Virus record (IMG/VR): IMGVR_UViG_3300013020_000002 | Location: 1-56,429 of that record | Reading direction: 5' to 3' (one strand) | Length of the DNA stretch: 56,429 nt | Source: a virus | Taxonomy: Duplodnaviria; Caudoviricetes | In this document: piece after piece, positions 39,070-50,500 of the stretch | Numbering within the stretch: position 1 is the first letter of the stretch | Layout: every line of letters starts with the position of its first letter | Made by a program: the position numbers and the translations under genes | Notes under the pieces: generated by a model | The model's input: the letters and a program-made list of their open reading frames with translations, nothing else | Databases searched by the model: none | What the model was told of the DNA's origin: nothing

Positions 39070-39609
39070 ATGGCAACACAAAAAATAAAAATTAGTGAAC
39101 TTCGTAATTTGGTTAGGGAAACCATTAACGAAGAGAAAAAGAAAAGAAAACCAATTAATGAATCTAAAAATAAAAAACCTATAAATAAATCAAATAATAA
39201 AAAAATTGGTTTAAATGAATTTAAATCTTTGGTAAAAAAGATAATTAATGAAGAATCGGGTACAGGTTTTGATATTGGAAATATTGATTTACAAGGAACA
39301 CAAATATTAGGTGATAATATTAAAGATTATTCACATAATATTCAATTAGAATGGCCCTCTAGTGATCCAAATTATACCTTATACATACTTAGAGATCCGG
39401 GTAATATGACACCAATGAATGAAATGGTTGCAGTTATTACAAAAAGAGATGGGAGAATTATAAAAATTTTACAAACTGCTCGAAATATTGATAATCTAAT
39501 TAATATGTTGAATCAATCATTTAATATGCATATACCTGAAAAAAGAAATAATCATAATGATGAAGATGATGTTGATGATTATGGTGATGATTTTGAAAAC
39601 TTTTTTTAA
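39070..39609 (+). CDS. Hypothetical protein with repeated INEE leader (candidate internal head protein)
   Basis: KISELRNLVRETINEE...LNEFKSLVKKIINEE. Confidence 0.6.
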   Translation: MATQKIKISELRNLVRETINEEKKKRKPINESKNKKPINKSNNKKIGLNEFKSLVKKIINEESGTGFDIGNIDLQGTQILGDNIKDYSHNIQLEWPSSDPNYTLYILRDPGNMTPMNEMVAVITKRDGRIIKILQTARNIDNLINMLNQSFNMHIPEKRNNHNDEDDVDDYGDDFENFF

Positions 39610-39646
39610 TGTTGCTAAAACAGATTAATTTTTGTTTTGTATCATT

Positions 39647-39683
39647 AAAAACCCACTCATAATATTATGAGTGGGTTTTTTTT
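39647..39683 (+). terminator. Intrinsic terminator
   Basis: aaaacccactcataatattatgagtgggtttttttt. Confidence 0.8.
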
Positions 39684-39713
39684 ATAAAACTATTTATAAA
39701 AAAATATAAATTA

Positions 39714-40853
39714 ATGAGTGAAGATAAAGAACTAGAGATAATACCATCCATAATCCCTGATATAGAACTTCAAAAGAAAAAAGAAGAAGCTAGAGAACAA
39801 TACAGAAAAATGATTGATAGTGGTAAAAAACCAGAGACAATGGTTATTACCCATAACAATAATTTAAAGGGTGTTAGTGAATTAAATAAAACAGAAATTG
39901 AAGATCAAATTATAAAATGTGCTACTGATCCAATATATTTTATTGAAACATACTTAACTATTTTTGACCAGACAAAAGGTGATAAAGGTATGATTGTACC
40001 CTTTAAATTATTTGAATTTCAAAAAACTTTAATTGATTCATTTTTAACTAATGATTTTAATATAGCAAACAAATATCGACAGGCTGGTATTTCAACAACA
40101 ACATGTGCTTTCCTTGCATGGTATATTATGTTTAATAAAAACAGAAGTGTTGCTATTATTGCTGATAAAATTATGACTGCTCAAGATGAATTAATGAGTG
40201 ATGTTGTTAATTTTATTGAGGGTTGTCCTGATTGGTTAAAACCAAAACCTAGTAGAAAAAACACACAAAAATTAAAAAGATATGATAATAACTCAGAAAT
40301 TGGTGCATTTGCAGCAAAATCTGGATTAAGGGGTTATACTCCAACATTGTTATTTTGGGATGAAACTGCTTGGACTGAAAAAGGTGATAAATTTTGGGAG
40401 TCTGCAGGCCCAACACTTCAAACTGGTGGTGCTGCTATATTTATTTCGACACCGAATGGGTTTGATTCTGTTTTTTATAAAACATATAGTTTAGCTACCG
40501 AAGATAAAAATTCATTCAAAGCGATTCAATTATATTGGTTTAATGACCCTCGTTATAATATTAATTTAAAATGGTATAAAAATAGGGGAAAACTTGATGA
40601 AATTATTATTGATGATGAAGACTTTACCAATGAAAAAAGAATAAAATTAAATAATGATGGATGGGAACCATATAATGTTTGGATGGATAATCAAATCAAA
40701 CGTGTAAATGGTGACATGCGTAAAATTAATCAGGAATTAAGGTGTGTTTTTGGTGATTCTCTCATAACAATAAAAAATAAATCAAACAATAAAATCGAAA
40801 CAATAAAAATATCAGAGTTTTACAATAGATTATATATAGAAAATAATTCTTGA
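39714..40853 (+). CDS. terL: Terminase large subunit N-half (ATPase) ending in a 36-aa split-intein IntN
   Basis: KCATDPIYFIE, FKLFEFQ, KYRQAGISTT, LFWDETA, ISTPNG, QELR|CVFGDSLITI. Confidence 0.9.
   Translation: MSEDKELEIIPSIIPDIELQKKKEEAREQYRKMIDSGKKPETMVITHNNNLKGVSELNKTEIEDQIIKCATDPIYFIETYLTIFDQTKGDKGMIVPFKLFEFQKTLIDSFLTNDFNIANKYRQAGISTTTCAFLAWYIMFNKNRSVAIIADKIMTAQDELMSDVVNFIEGCPDWLKPKPSRKNTQKLKRYDNNSEIGAFAAKSGLRGYTPTLLFWDETAWTEKGDKFWESAGPTLQTGGAAIFISTPNGFDSVFYKTYSLATEDKNSFKAIQLYWFNDPRYNINLKWYKNRGKLDEIIIDDEDFTNEKRIKLNNDGWEPYNVWMDNQIKRVNGDMRKINQELRCVFGDSLITIKNKSNNKIETIKISEFYNRLYIENNS
40743..40850 (+). mobile_element. Atypically short split intein N-fragment (36 aa)
   Basis: CVFGDSLITIKNKSNNKIETIKISEFYNRLYIENNS then stop. 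Confidence 0.85.
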
Positions 40854-40878
40854 ACTATTTATTATAAACTATAAAAAT

Positions 40879-42015
40879 ATGGATCAAGAATCATTAATAA
40901 ATTATGTAAGCAATATTGATATTGATAGATATTATATTAAGGGTGGGTATGGAAGGTTTCTTAAAGAACATCCAAACATTATTGAATATGTATATAAATA
41001 TACTAATTCAATAGACTATCATGATATAAATAAAGGGATATTTCAAAAACTATTATTTATTAAAAAATATAAATGTATATCATTAAAACCAATAATATTT
41101 GATAGGCAACTAAAAGATTTTAAAGAATCAAATATAAATGCAGCAAAAAAATATTGGTCTGAATTCAATTTAAGGACTGAAGAATATTATTCTAAGGATT
41201 ATACTGTTGAATTTTTAAAAAATAATTATCAAAAATACATTGGTAAATCTGGTAATAGAAAATTAATAAGGGATAATATTAAATTATATGATAGTTTATA
41301 TTATCACACACAAAACTTAGATAGTCTTAATAAAAACAAAAATAAATTCACTATGAGAATGTTTATATTAAAAGACAATATAGAAATTTTCTGTGAAAAA
41401 CATCAAATATATAAAACTTGGAGATTTATAAATAATGATTTAGATATATATTGTAAAAAATGTACACATAAAAATTATCCATCAATAGATTATTTTAAAT
41501 ATAAATATAAATCTAATTGGTCTGTTGAATACGCAAAATATAAAGAAAAACATGCAAAAAGAAAGTTACATAGTAGAGAATGGTTTATTAAAAAATATGG
41601 AGAAGAAACAGGAATTGAAAAATATGAAATTTATGTTGAGAAATTAATAAAACAAATAGCAAAATTAAAAGGTAATAGATATAGTAAAATATCCCAAGAT
41701 TTATTTTGGAAAATACATAAAAAATTAAAGGATACATCAAATATATATTTTTTTGAAAAAAATCAAGAATTTGTATTAAGAATACCACCAGAATATAATT
41801 ATGATAAAACAGTTATGATATTAGATTTTAAAAAAGATAATAAAATAATTGAATATAATGGTAAATATTGGCATAATGAAGAGGACGATGATATTCGAAA
41901 GAAAATATTAAATGATATGGGTTATGATGTTTTATATGTTTATTCAGACGATTATAATCGTAACAATAAAAATAAAAAAATAATTGAAGATTGTGTAAAA
42001 TTTTTAACATGTTAG
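40879..42015 (+). CDS. Free-standing homing endonuclease, Vsr-like/EDxHD type
   Basis: C-terminal SKISQDLF...ILDFKKDNKIIEYNGKYWH...DDIRKKILNDMGYDVLYV; lies between the terL halves; ACTATTTATT at 40854-40863. Confidence 0.72.
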   Translation: MDQESLINYVSNIDIDRYYIKGGYGRFLKEHPNIIEYVYKYTNSIDYHDINKGIFQKLLFIKKYKCISLKPIIFDRQLKDFKESNINAAKKYWSEFNLRTEEYYSKDYTVEFLKNNYQKYIGKSGNRKLIRDNIKLYDSLYYHTQNLDSLNKNKNKFTMRMFILKDNIEIFCEKHQIYKTWRFINNDLDIYCKKCTHKNYPSIDYFKYKYKSNWSVEYAKYKEKHAKRKLHSREWFIKKYGEETGIEKYEIYVEKLIKQIAKLKGNRYSKISQDLFWKIHKKLKDTSNIYFFEKNQEFVLRIPPEYNYDKTVMILDFKKDNKIIEYNGKYWHNEEDDDIRKKILNDMGYDVLYVYSDDYNRNNKNKKIIEDCVKFLTC

Positions 42016-42332
42016 CAAACAATAATTATGAAATATTGAATTCTAAAAACGAATTTGTTGATTTTAAAGGTATTATTAAACATGAGATTGATAAAGGTAA
42101 AAAAATAACGTTAGAAGATGGTAATAGTATTATTGTTAGTAATGACCATTTATTTTTTGCTGGTGAAAAAGAGATATATGTTTCATCATTAATTCCAAAT
42201 AAAACGTATATAACAACAAATGATGGTGATAAATTTGTTGTTAAAATAGAAGATGTTGAAGGTGGTTATTTTTATGATATATTTGAATCTGAAAACTATG
42301 AATATTCAGCAAATAATATTTCAAATCATAAT
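42009..42332 (+). mobile_element. Split intein C-fragment (108 aa) containing blocks B, F and G
   Basis: SNDHLF, FYDIFES, SNHN followed by Cys +1. Confidence 0.85.
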
Positions 42333-43286
42333 TGTGCTTTCCTTGGGTCTGGTGATAACTTTATTGCTGGTGAATATTTAAAACGTATTGAAGAAAAAGA
42401 AGTTGAAGTCCCTATTCGTCAAGAATACACTGATAGTAATATGTGGATATGGGAAGACCCAATACCAACAGAAGATTATTTAATTGGTGTTGATGTTTCA
42501 TCTGGTCATAGTGATGATTATTCATCTATTAATATTATGAAACAAGAAGAATATATTGAAAATGCTATTATAAAAAAGAATGGTGTTGATGTTAAAGTTA
42601 AAGTTAAAAAAAACAAATTAATACAAGTAGCTGAATATTATGGTAAAATATCACCACAAGGATTAGGTGAAATAATATACATATACGCAACAAAATATAA
42701 TAATGGTTATGTGGTTATTGATATTACTGGTGGTCATGGTGGACAAACTGTAAATAAATTATTTGAATTAGGGTATACTAATTTACATTATAGTGAGATA
42801 ACTCATAAACCATCAAGAGATATGTTAGGTGGTTATATACGAAAAGGTAAAAAAACATTATCTGATGGATCTATTATTTTTGTTGATTTAGTCCCCGGAT
42901 TTTATATTGGTAATAATAGAGGTCAAGTATTGTTGGAATTTCAAAGAGCAATCCATTTAGAGGATTTAGTTATTAGATCTAGTAGAGCATCAAACGAATT
43001 AAAAACATTCTTAAATGCACCCGGATCAAGAGTTGCAGATCATGGACGTTCTTTTCATGATGATTCAATTATAGGTATTGCAATAGTCACATATACCGCA
43101 AATTATGATATGAAAAAATATAACATTGATGATAATTCAGCCAAATCATTAATAGATACAATGGTAAATGTAAATAATAATGAAAAAAGAGAGAAGTATA
43201 AAAACAGGAATGAATCTCTATTTGATAAAAATATATCTAATCCTTATGGTAAACATGCATGGTTATTTTATGGTATAAAAAAATAA
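42009..43286 (+). CDS. terL: Terminase large subunit C-half (nuclease) with N-terminal 108-aa IntC; likely ATG at 42009
   Basis: YEILNSKNEFVDFKGI...VSNDH...FYDI...ISNHN|CAFLGSG; IGVDVSSG..DDYS; FHDDSI. Confidence 0.9.
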   Translation: MLANNNYEILNSKNEFVDFKGIIKHEIDKGKKITLEDGNSIIVSNDHLFFAGEKEIYVSSLIPNKTYITTNDGDKFVVKIEDVEGGYFYDIFESENYEYSANNISNHNCAFLGSGDNFIAGEYLKRIEEKEVEVPIRQEYTDSNMWIWEDPIPTEDYLIGVDVSSGHSDDYSSINIMKQEEYIENAIIKKNGVDVKVKVKKNKLIQVAEYYGKISPQGLGEIIYIYATKYNNGYVVIDITGGHGGQTVNKLFELGYTNLHYSEITHKPSRDMLGGYIRKGKKTLSDGSIIFVDLVPGFYIGNNRGQVLLEFQRAIHLEDLVIRSSRASNELKTFLNAPGSRVADHGRSFHDDSIIGIAIVTYTANYDMKKYNIDDNSAKSLIDTMVNVNNNEKREKYKNRNESLFDKNISNPYGKHAWLFYGIKK

Positions 43287-43349
43287 AATAAACTATTGAA
43301 TTATAACATAATTATAATTAAATTTACTATTTATTAAAAAATCATTTTT

Positions 43350-45218
43350 ATGAAAAATACTGCATACCAGAATTTAACTAAGTTTCTGAATATTAATACA
43401 CATAACACTAGTGATGTTGAAAATAAAAAAAGAGTTATTATTAAAGGTAATTCTATTGAGGATGTAAAAAGAAAGGGTTTAGAATATGAACAACAAAAAT
43501 CCATAAGAGATAGATTCTTTAGTAATATGGATCATGGTTTTCAAAAAGCCATGCAATATGAAGCTGCAAGATTACCAGCATATATTGATTATGAGGGAAT
43601 GGAATATTACCCTATAATTGGTAGTGCTTTAGATTTATATATGGAGGAAGCAACAAATGTTAATGATAAAGGGCAAATGTTAAATATTTATTCTAACAAT
43701 GATAGAATAAAAAAATCGTTAGAAGATTTATTTTATAATGTTGTTAATGTTAATACAAATTTACCTTTTTGGGTTAGAAATACAGTAAAATATGGTGATA
43801 ATTTTGTAAATGTTTTCGGTGTTAAAAAGGAGGGTATTGTTAGTGTACGCCAAATGGTGAACTATGATATTGAAAGGTATGAAAAGATTGAAGATGGTAA
43901 ACCTATTATTAGATTTAAAAACAGAACATCATCAGATTTATATAATGTTTTTGAAGTTTTACATTTTAGAATTTTAGGCGATGATAAATATTTACCCTAC
44001 GGAAGCTCAATATTAAACAAAGTTAGACGTGTATTTAGACAATTAATTTTAGCTGAAGATGCAATGTTAACATACAGGATTGTTCGTGCAGGAGATAGAA
44101 GAGTATATAGAATTGATGTTGGTAATATGGATGTTGATGATATTGAAGATTATATCTACAAAGTAGCAACAAAATTTAAAAAGAAACAAAATGTTGATTT
44201 TAATGATGGTCAAATAGATTACCGTTTTAATATATTGGGTAATGATGAAGACATTTTCCTACCTATGAGAAATGGTAATGCACAAACAGGTGTAGATACA
44301 TTGGACGGTATGAAAACAACAGATATTCATGATATTGAGTATTTAAGGGATAATTTATTTACAGGTTTATCAATCCCAAAACCATTTTTAGGTTTCCAAG
44401 ATGCTGCAGGTGATGGTAAAAATCTAGCACAACATGATATTAGATTTGGCAAAAAAATAATTCGTGTACAACAAGCAATGTTGCAAGAATTGAATAAATT
44501 AGCTGTAATGCATCTATATCTACAAGGATTTAAAAGAGAAGATATATATGAATTTACATTATCTATGAATAACCCATCAACTCAGGAAGAAACACTTAGA
44601 ACTGAATTGATGCAAGCAAAAACTAATTTATATGGTGATTTAACTAGAATTGAAGGTGGTATTGCTGCTATGTCACATACAAATGCAAAGAAATATATTT
44701 ATAATATGTCTGATGAAGAAATCATATTAGATTTAAAACAACAAAAAATTGAACGTGCAGTTACACAAGAATTACAAGACGCACCATTACATATTAAAAG
44801 GACTGGTGTTTTTGATGATATTGATAATTTATATTCTCAAAAAGAACCATTACATGATGTAGATAATCCTGAAGGTGGTGAAGATAATGAAAATGAACCT
44901 GATAATGATGAAATAGGTGGTGATGAATTCCAATCTCCTTCTGATTTACCAGAACCAGAAGGTATTGGTGATTCATATAAAACTAATTTTGAAACATTAT
45001 TAAGTGAATTACAAGATACAGCAAAAAACAATGAAAAAAATAAGCCGAAAAAATTAGGTATTGATTTTATCACAAAAAATAAAGAGTTGAATACAAAAAC
45101 AAAAAAGATGATTTCTGAAATGGATAATATTATTGGTGATGATGTTAGTTTTAAAACTAAATCTGAAAATATTGACGAAATTATTGAAATTGATGATATT
45201 GATGAACTAATTGTTTAA
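43350..45218 (+). CDS. Portal protein (T4 gp20-like)
   Basis: DYEGMEYYPII, EDAMLTYRIVRAGDRRVYRIDVGNM, EDIFLP, DIEYLRDNLFTGLSIP. Confidence 0.9.
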   Translation: MKNTAYQNLTKFLNINTHNTSDVENKKRVIIKGNSIEDVKRKGLEYEQQKSIRDRFFSNMDHGFQKAMQYEAARLPAYIDYEGMEYYPIIGSALDLYMEEATNVNDKGQMLNIYSNNDRIKKSLEDLFYNVVNVNTNLPFWVRNTVKYGDNFVNVFGVKKEGIVSVRQMVNYDIERYEKIEDGKPIIRFKNRTSSDLYNVFEVLHFRILGDDKYLPYGSSILNKVRRVFRQLILAEDAMLTYRIVRAGDRRVYRIDVGNMDVDDIEDYIYKVATKFKKKQNVDFNDGQIDYRFNILGNDEDIFLPMRNGNAQTGVDTLDGMKTTDIHDIEYLRDNLFTGLSIPKPFLGFQDAAGDGKNLAQHDIRFGKKIIRVQQAMLQELNKLAVMHLYLQGFKREDIYEFTLSMNNPSTQEETLRTELMQAKTNLYGDLTRIEGGIAAMSHTNAKKYIYNMSDEEIILDLKQQKIERAVTQELQDAPLHIKRTGVFDDIDNLYSQKEPLHDVDNPEGGEDNENEPDNDEIGGDEFQSPSDLPEPEGIGDSYKTNFETLLSELQDTAKNNEKNKPKKLGIDFITKNKELNTKTKKMISEMDNIIGDDVSFKTKSENIDEIIEIDDIDELIV

Positions 45219-45270
45219 TTATTAGAATTAAATCAAAAAAACAACTATTTATATATAAAATTATATTTTT

Positions 45271-46056
45271 ATGACTGAAAGATATATCAATATTGGATAT
45301 GTTAAAGATTTTTTAACCAAGAAACTCATTAATTCGTTAAATGAGGGTGTTCAAGATGATTATTATTATATTAATAAATTTATTGATATAATATCTGAAT
45401 CTGAGATTCTGAAAAAAGAATATGATTTATTTGAATCTTTATCAAATAATAAAATACCTAGTGAAATTGTGGCATCAAGATTTTTAGATAAGTCAATCTC
45501 AATTTTTGAAAATTATACAAGAGAAGAAATTGATAATGCCCATTCTAAATTAGAGGAATTGTTGGATGAAACAATAACAATTAATCCAAAAAAAATAGAG
45601 TATTATAGAAATGTTTCAGATCTCATATACGAATCATTAAAAACAAATGAAAATACTAATACACATCTATTATTTGAATCTTTTAGTAATGTTTTGTCTG
45701 TTATAACTAAGAATCAAAAAGAAGTAAAAGTAGAACCAAAAAAGATAGTTAATGAAAATGTTTTAAATATTGCAACTAACAAGTTTAATGAGAAATATTC
45801 AAATTTGAGTGAAAGTGATATATCATTATTAAAGAAAATTGTTTCATCATCATATGATGAAAAAAAACAAATATATGAAGATTTTAAACAAGAAAATTTA
45901 AATTTGTTAAATAATATGTTGGTTAACGAAGAATACCAAGATAAAACTCCTATTAATAATGCAATTCAAAATATAAACAGTTTTAACCTGAATGAGGAAA
46001 CTGTTATTGATAATATAATTAAATTATATGAATTAAATAATGGGTTGAAAGAATAA
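45271..46056 (+). CDS. Hypothetical helical head-module protein
   Basis: Follows portal; ACTATTTATA at 45244-45253; KFNEKYSNLSE. Confidence 0.65.
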   Translation: MTERYINIGYVKDFLTKKLINSLNEGVQDDYYYINKFIDIISESEILKKEYDLFESLSNNKIPSEIVASRFLDKSISIFENYTREEIDNAHSKLEELLDETITINPKKIEYYRNVSDLIYESLKTNENTNTHLLFESFSNVLSVITKNQKEVKVEPKKIVNENVLNIATNKFNEKYSNLSESDISLLKKIVSSSYDEKKQIYEDFKQENLNLLNNMLVNEEYQDKTPINNAIQNINSFNLNEETVIDNIIKLYELNNGLKE

Positions 46057-46080
46057 AAGGTTGTATTGTACAACCTTTTA
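46055..46080. terminator. Bidirectional terminator
   Basis: aaaaggttgta-ttg-tacaacctttt between convergent genes. Confidence 0.7.
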
Positions 46081-46082
46081 TT

Positions 46083-47582
46083 TTAATTATTACTATAACC
46101 GAAAGACCTAATTACTTCTAATATTGCTGAATATATAGAATTAACATAATCTTCAAGTATTTTATCATTATCTAATAATAATCTATCAGCTAAATTGTCC
46201 ATAAATAAAAATTCAATTAATACACCGGAATATTTTGGTTGTACTTTTTCTGTTCCTGCTAATACTGTAAAATTTTCTTCTTTATATAAATTACTATTTA
46301 ATTGTCTCCATACTTGATTAGGAAAATCATTTATCAAGTGTTTAGCAAAAATATTACCAATTTGGATTTCTCTTTCTGTTGGATTTTTTTGTAAAAATAA
46401 TTCATTACCAGTTCCACCACCTGCATTATTATGAAAAGATAATAAAATTGGAGTCGTAACCCCCATTGAAAATTGATTTGCTCTTTCCACTCTATTAGTT
46501 AATCCTATTTCATAATTTTCTGTAACATTTTTTATATATGGTATATCTGTTCTATCTAATATATCAGCTAATCTATTAACAACTCTTTCAGAATATAACC
46601 ATTCTGCAAAACCATTAATCACCCTATCTTCAACATCAATACCATGTGCTCTATCTAAAATAAATAATATTCTATGTTTATTCAATGAGTTTAAAATTGG
46701 TATGTTTGCTTTATATGCATCAAATTTATTTTTATCTAAATCCAAATTATAACCATAATATCTATTTATTGGTTTTATAATTGAAACTTCGTTATATTCA
46801 TCTGCTAAAACAGCAAAAATTTTTTCAACATATTCCACACCTTCAACAATATATTTACCACCTTGATCATTTTTAACCTTATTAATAATACCAACATATG
46901 AATCAGATTTATACGATGAACCTCTATTATAAGCAAATAATGTATTAGATGCTAAATTATAATTTCTATTAGCAATATATTTCATATATCTGCACTGTGC
47001 TTTAATCATTAAATCAGGATTATTCATAGCATTCTGCAATAGTTGAAATCTATTTTCTCTAGGAATAAAAAATCTTGAATTTTGTGATATATATCTATCA
47101 GACCCTACTTGATAGGAAGACCTAATAAAGGGTTTATTGATATTGTATATAATTTTATTAATTTCTTCATCAGTAAAATATGGTTTACTAATAAATCTAT
47201 TTTTTACAATAACTTCATATATAGTACCAATTAAAAATTGTGAAATGCCCATAGCAGTACTATTATAATCAGCATAATTCCACGTCTTAAAACCTGACTC
47301 TGCAAATGCTTGTGCAGACAATATATTTGCATCTAAATCATACATCTCACCATAAAAATTATACAAATAAATTAAATAATCTATATATTCAATATTATTT
47401 GTTATTTGTATACCATTATTATTAATTATATTTGCTTCCAATGTTATATTTCTATTATTTACATCATTAACAAATGGTATCTCGTAATTATTTTTTCCTT
47501 TTATTAAACCATCAACACCATTTTTATCAGCAATTGAATACATAAATTCTTCACCCTTTTTTGTAATTTTTTTAAATCCCAT
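46083..47582 (-). CDS. Two-domain peptidoglycan hydrolase: SLT/lysozyme-like + Amidase_3
   Basis: AQAFAESGF, AMGISQF, AYNRG; then LDRAHG, AEW, LSFHNNAGGGTG, VLIEFLFMDN. Confidence 0.8.
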   Translation of the reverse strand: MGFKKITKKGEEFMYSIADKNGVDGLIKGKNNYEIPFVNDVNNRNITLEANIINNNGIQITNNIEYIDYLIYLYNFYGEMYDLDANILSAQAFAESGFKTWNYADYNSTAMGISQFLIGTIYEVIVKNRFISKPYFTDEEINKIIYNINKPFIRSSYQVGSDRYISQNSRFFIPRENRFQLLQNAMNNPDLMIKAQCRYMKYIANRNYNLASNTLFAYNRGSSYKSDSYVGIINKVKNDQGGKYIVEGVEYVEKIFAVLADEYNEVSIIKPINRYYGYNLDLDKNKFDAYKANIPILNSLNKHRILFILDRAHGIDVEDRVINGFAEWLYSERVVNRLADILDRTDIPYIKNVTENYEIGLTNRVERANQFSMGVTTPILLSFHNNAGGGTGNELFLQKNPTEREIQIGNIFAKHLINDFPNQVWRQLNSNLYKEENFTVLAGTEKVQPKYSGVLIEFLFMDNLADRLLLDNDKILEDYVNSIYSAILEVIRSFGYSNN

Positions 47583-47586
47583 ATAT

Positions 47587-50500
47587 TTAAATTTCTAAAG
47601 TTTCATCATTATTTGGATGCATTGAATTATATTTAGCTTCTTCAGGTAAATCATTAGCATCATATGAAATAAAATCATCATCAAAATTATTAATATTATC
47701 CATTATGTCATCATTAATTTCACTATTAATACCCATTAACATACCAATCGATTTAGCAAAATCGGTTACAATTGGATTGGGGTATTTTAAAATTCTCACC
47801 CCATTAAATACAGTTTCCATATGATTTGGTGTTAATTTGTGTTCGACATTTAATACTATATATGATCCAGAAAATAATGGAATATTTTTAAGTTCAAAAT
47901 AGTTTGTTGGTTGAATCATAGCATTACCTAGCATGTTTACTTTTACGGAGTATGCTCTATTTTCATATAAATTATATAAATTTTGTCCTTTTGGTATTGG
48001 TGTAGATTCACTTTCATCATTTGCTAAATTAGATAATATTGCTAATGATTCGTTTGTTTCTGGGTATTCTTTACTATCTATTTCAATATCTTTAAATATT
48101 GATTGGTTTTGTCTACCATATTCAACTGTAAATGCATTAACCTCACCATATTTAACATTACTATCTATAACAGATTGATTACTATTCATTCTTTCATAAT
48201 CATCAGAACATCCTTGATCTCTAAAATCACTAACATCATTTAAATTTTGTAAACCATCATCTATAAAATCATTATTCGTATTCAATGATGATGATGTACC
48301 ACCAATATACATACAAACAAAAGCAGGGGATGTTACAACATTAGAATTTACATTATTATAAATTTTAAATGATTCCTCCCATTGATTACCATCAAAAGAC
48401 ATGAAGTTTTGTAATGGAAAAAATTCAAAATTGTTTTGTGATAATAATCTGGATATTACAGTGAAAACATTAATATCAATATTTTGTTCCATATTAATTA
48501 GACTTTCAGCATTAATAATAGCTGCATCACCAATATCATTCATAGCTCTATCTACAAAAACAAATTTATCAATTAATTTACCTTTACCAATAAATGGGTA
48601 TCCCTCATCAAGAAACCCTCGAACCCACTTATCAACAATATTCTTTATTGAATAATAAGTTTGAGTTTTTATATCATCATCGTCAATACTTTCATAAAAT
48701 TCTTTTTCTTCATTTTCAAAATCTTTCTTTTTATCTCTTAAATTTGATTTCAAATGCCTAAAAAATTCTTGAAAATATTTGTTAACTATATTACTTTTAT
48801 TATTATCTTCTATTAATTCTGAATATGTTTGATATGTTTCAACATTATTAGTTGACCAAGTATATTCAGAATTAACGACCATATATCGTCTTTCTGTTAA
48901 AACATTAATAATTTCAACATTATATACATTATCAGGATCTTCTAATAATTCATTTTTTTCATCTTCATCAATATTATTCAATTCTTTTAAATAATTTACA
49001 ACTTCAGTATTGTTTAAGACACTTTCAAATTCATCAACAAATTTTACAATATCAGATTCTGTTAAATATGATTTAATTTTATCAATCATATTCATTATTT
49101 TAATACTATTATTACCATTAGTACTATCACCATTATTAAATATAATACCACTATTTTCATTTATTTCATCATAATCTATTGAAAATATTCCACCAACAAA
49201 CAATATATAAAAATATGGTATATCATAAATTGCGCTTCTAAAATCAGAAATACTAATATCATTTATCTTACCGAAAATACTGACTAAACTTAGTAATATT
49301 AATGAATTATTTAAATCACTATTTAATATATTTTGATTAATATTCAAAGTATCTATTATATATCTTAACTGATTTGTTTGTTGTTTTTCAGTGTTTGTTA
49401 ATAAATTACTGCTCAAATAATTTACTCTATACCAATCAGCATACATTGTTGTATATTGATTCTCATCATATTTATAATCTGGAACAATAAGGATATTATT
49501 TTTTGAATATTTTGGTTTAGTTTTTCCTAAAAAGAATTCTGTAAACCAATTTGGTGTATTATTTTCAATAAAATTATCAATAGGTGAAGTACCAAAATCA
49601 TTCCTTACTGTTATTTGATTTTCAAATAAAATTTCAATACCAGTATAATCGTTATCATTTTTATCTATAACATATTTACCACTCGCAGTTGTTATTTTAT
49701 TTTTGTTTTCATTAATATTAATTTTAGAATTAGTCATTAATTCGTTAAATTCTGAAAATTCCATGTTTAAAAATCTATCAATAATATTTTGTTCTGATAT
49801 TGATAGTGATAAATTTAATGCTTCACTTTCAGAATATAATTCAATGTAATTATCATCAATTTCATTAAAAAATGTATTATATGATGTGTATTGAGATAGA
49901 ATTAAAAAACGTTCATTTAAAATTTTAATAATATTTTCAACACTATTACCACCTTTGTTGATATAATTAAAATAAGGTGATGAATAATTTAAAGATAATT
50001 TATTTAAATTACTATCCATTGGATTTATAGGTATCCACAGTATGTTTCCTTGAGTATCTACACTCATTTTAATATTTAATGGAATCTTTTCTCTTTTTAT
50101 TTTTAAAAATACATCAATAAACCTATTAATGAAATCTGTTTCAGGAAAGGGATATGTTTTAAATAATGTATTTTTTGGATAAACTCTGACTTCTGTTTCA
50201 TTGCAATTACCCTCAACATGTTTTTTCTCCACAAATAATGGAAACGCATTAATTTTTTCAACATTTTGTTTATCCCTATAATTCGTATGTGTTAATATTT
50301 TACCAAAATATTGTTGATGGTGATTTTCAGCATTATTTTTTACAGTGTTTAAAACTTTAAACATTTTATCAACATCATCACAAATAATTTTAATAATATT
50401 CCTAACTGTTGGTTTAAACCCTAAATTTTCTTCAACAATACTATTAATTCTATTATTTAAATCATCTTGCAATATCTTTGTTTTATCATTTAAAACATTG

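Noticed and set aside
40853-42015. Group I intron interrupting terL
   Set aside because: Only 25 nt of non-coding DNA on one side and an overlap on the other leave no room for a ribozyme core; intein motifs at both junctions explain the split
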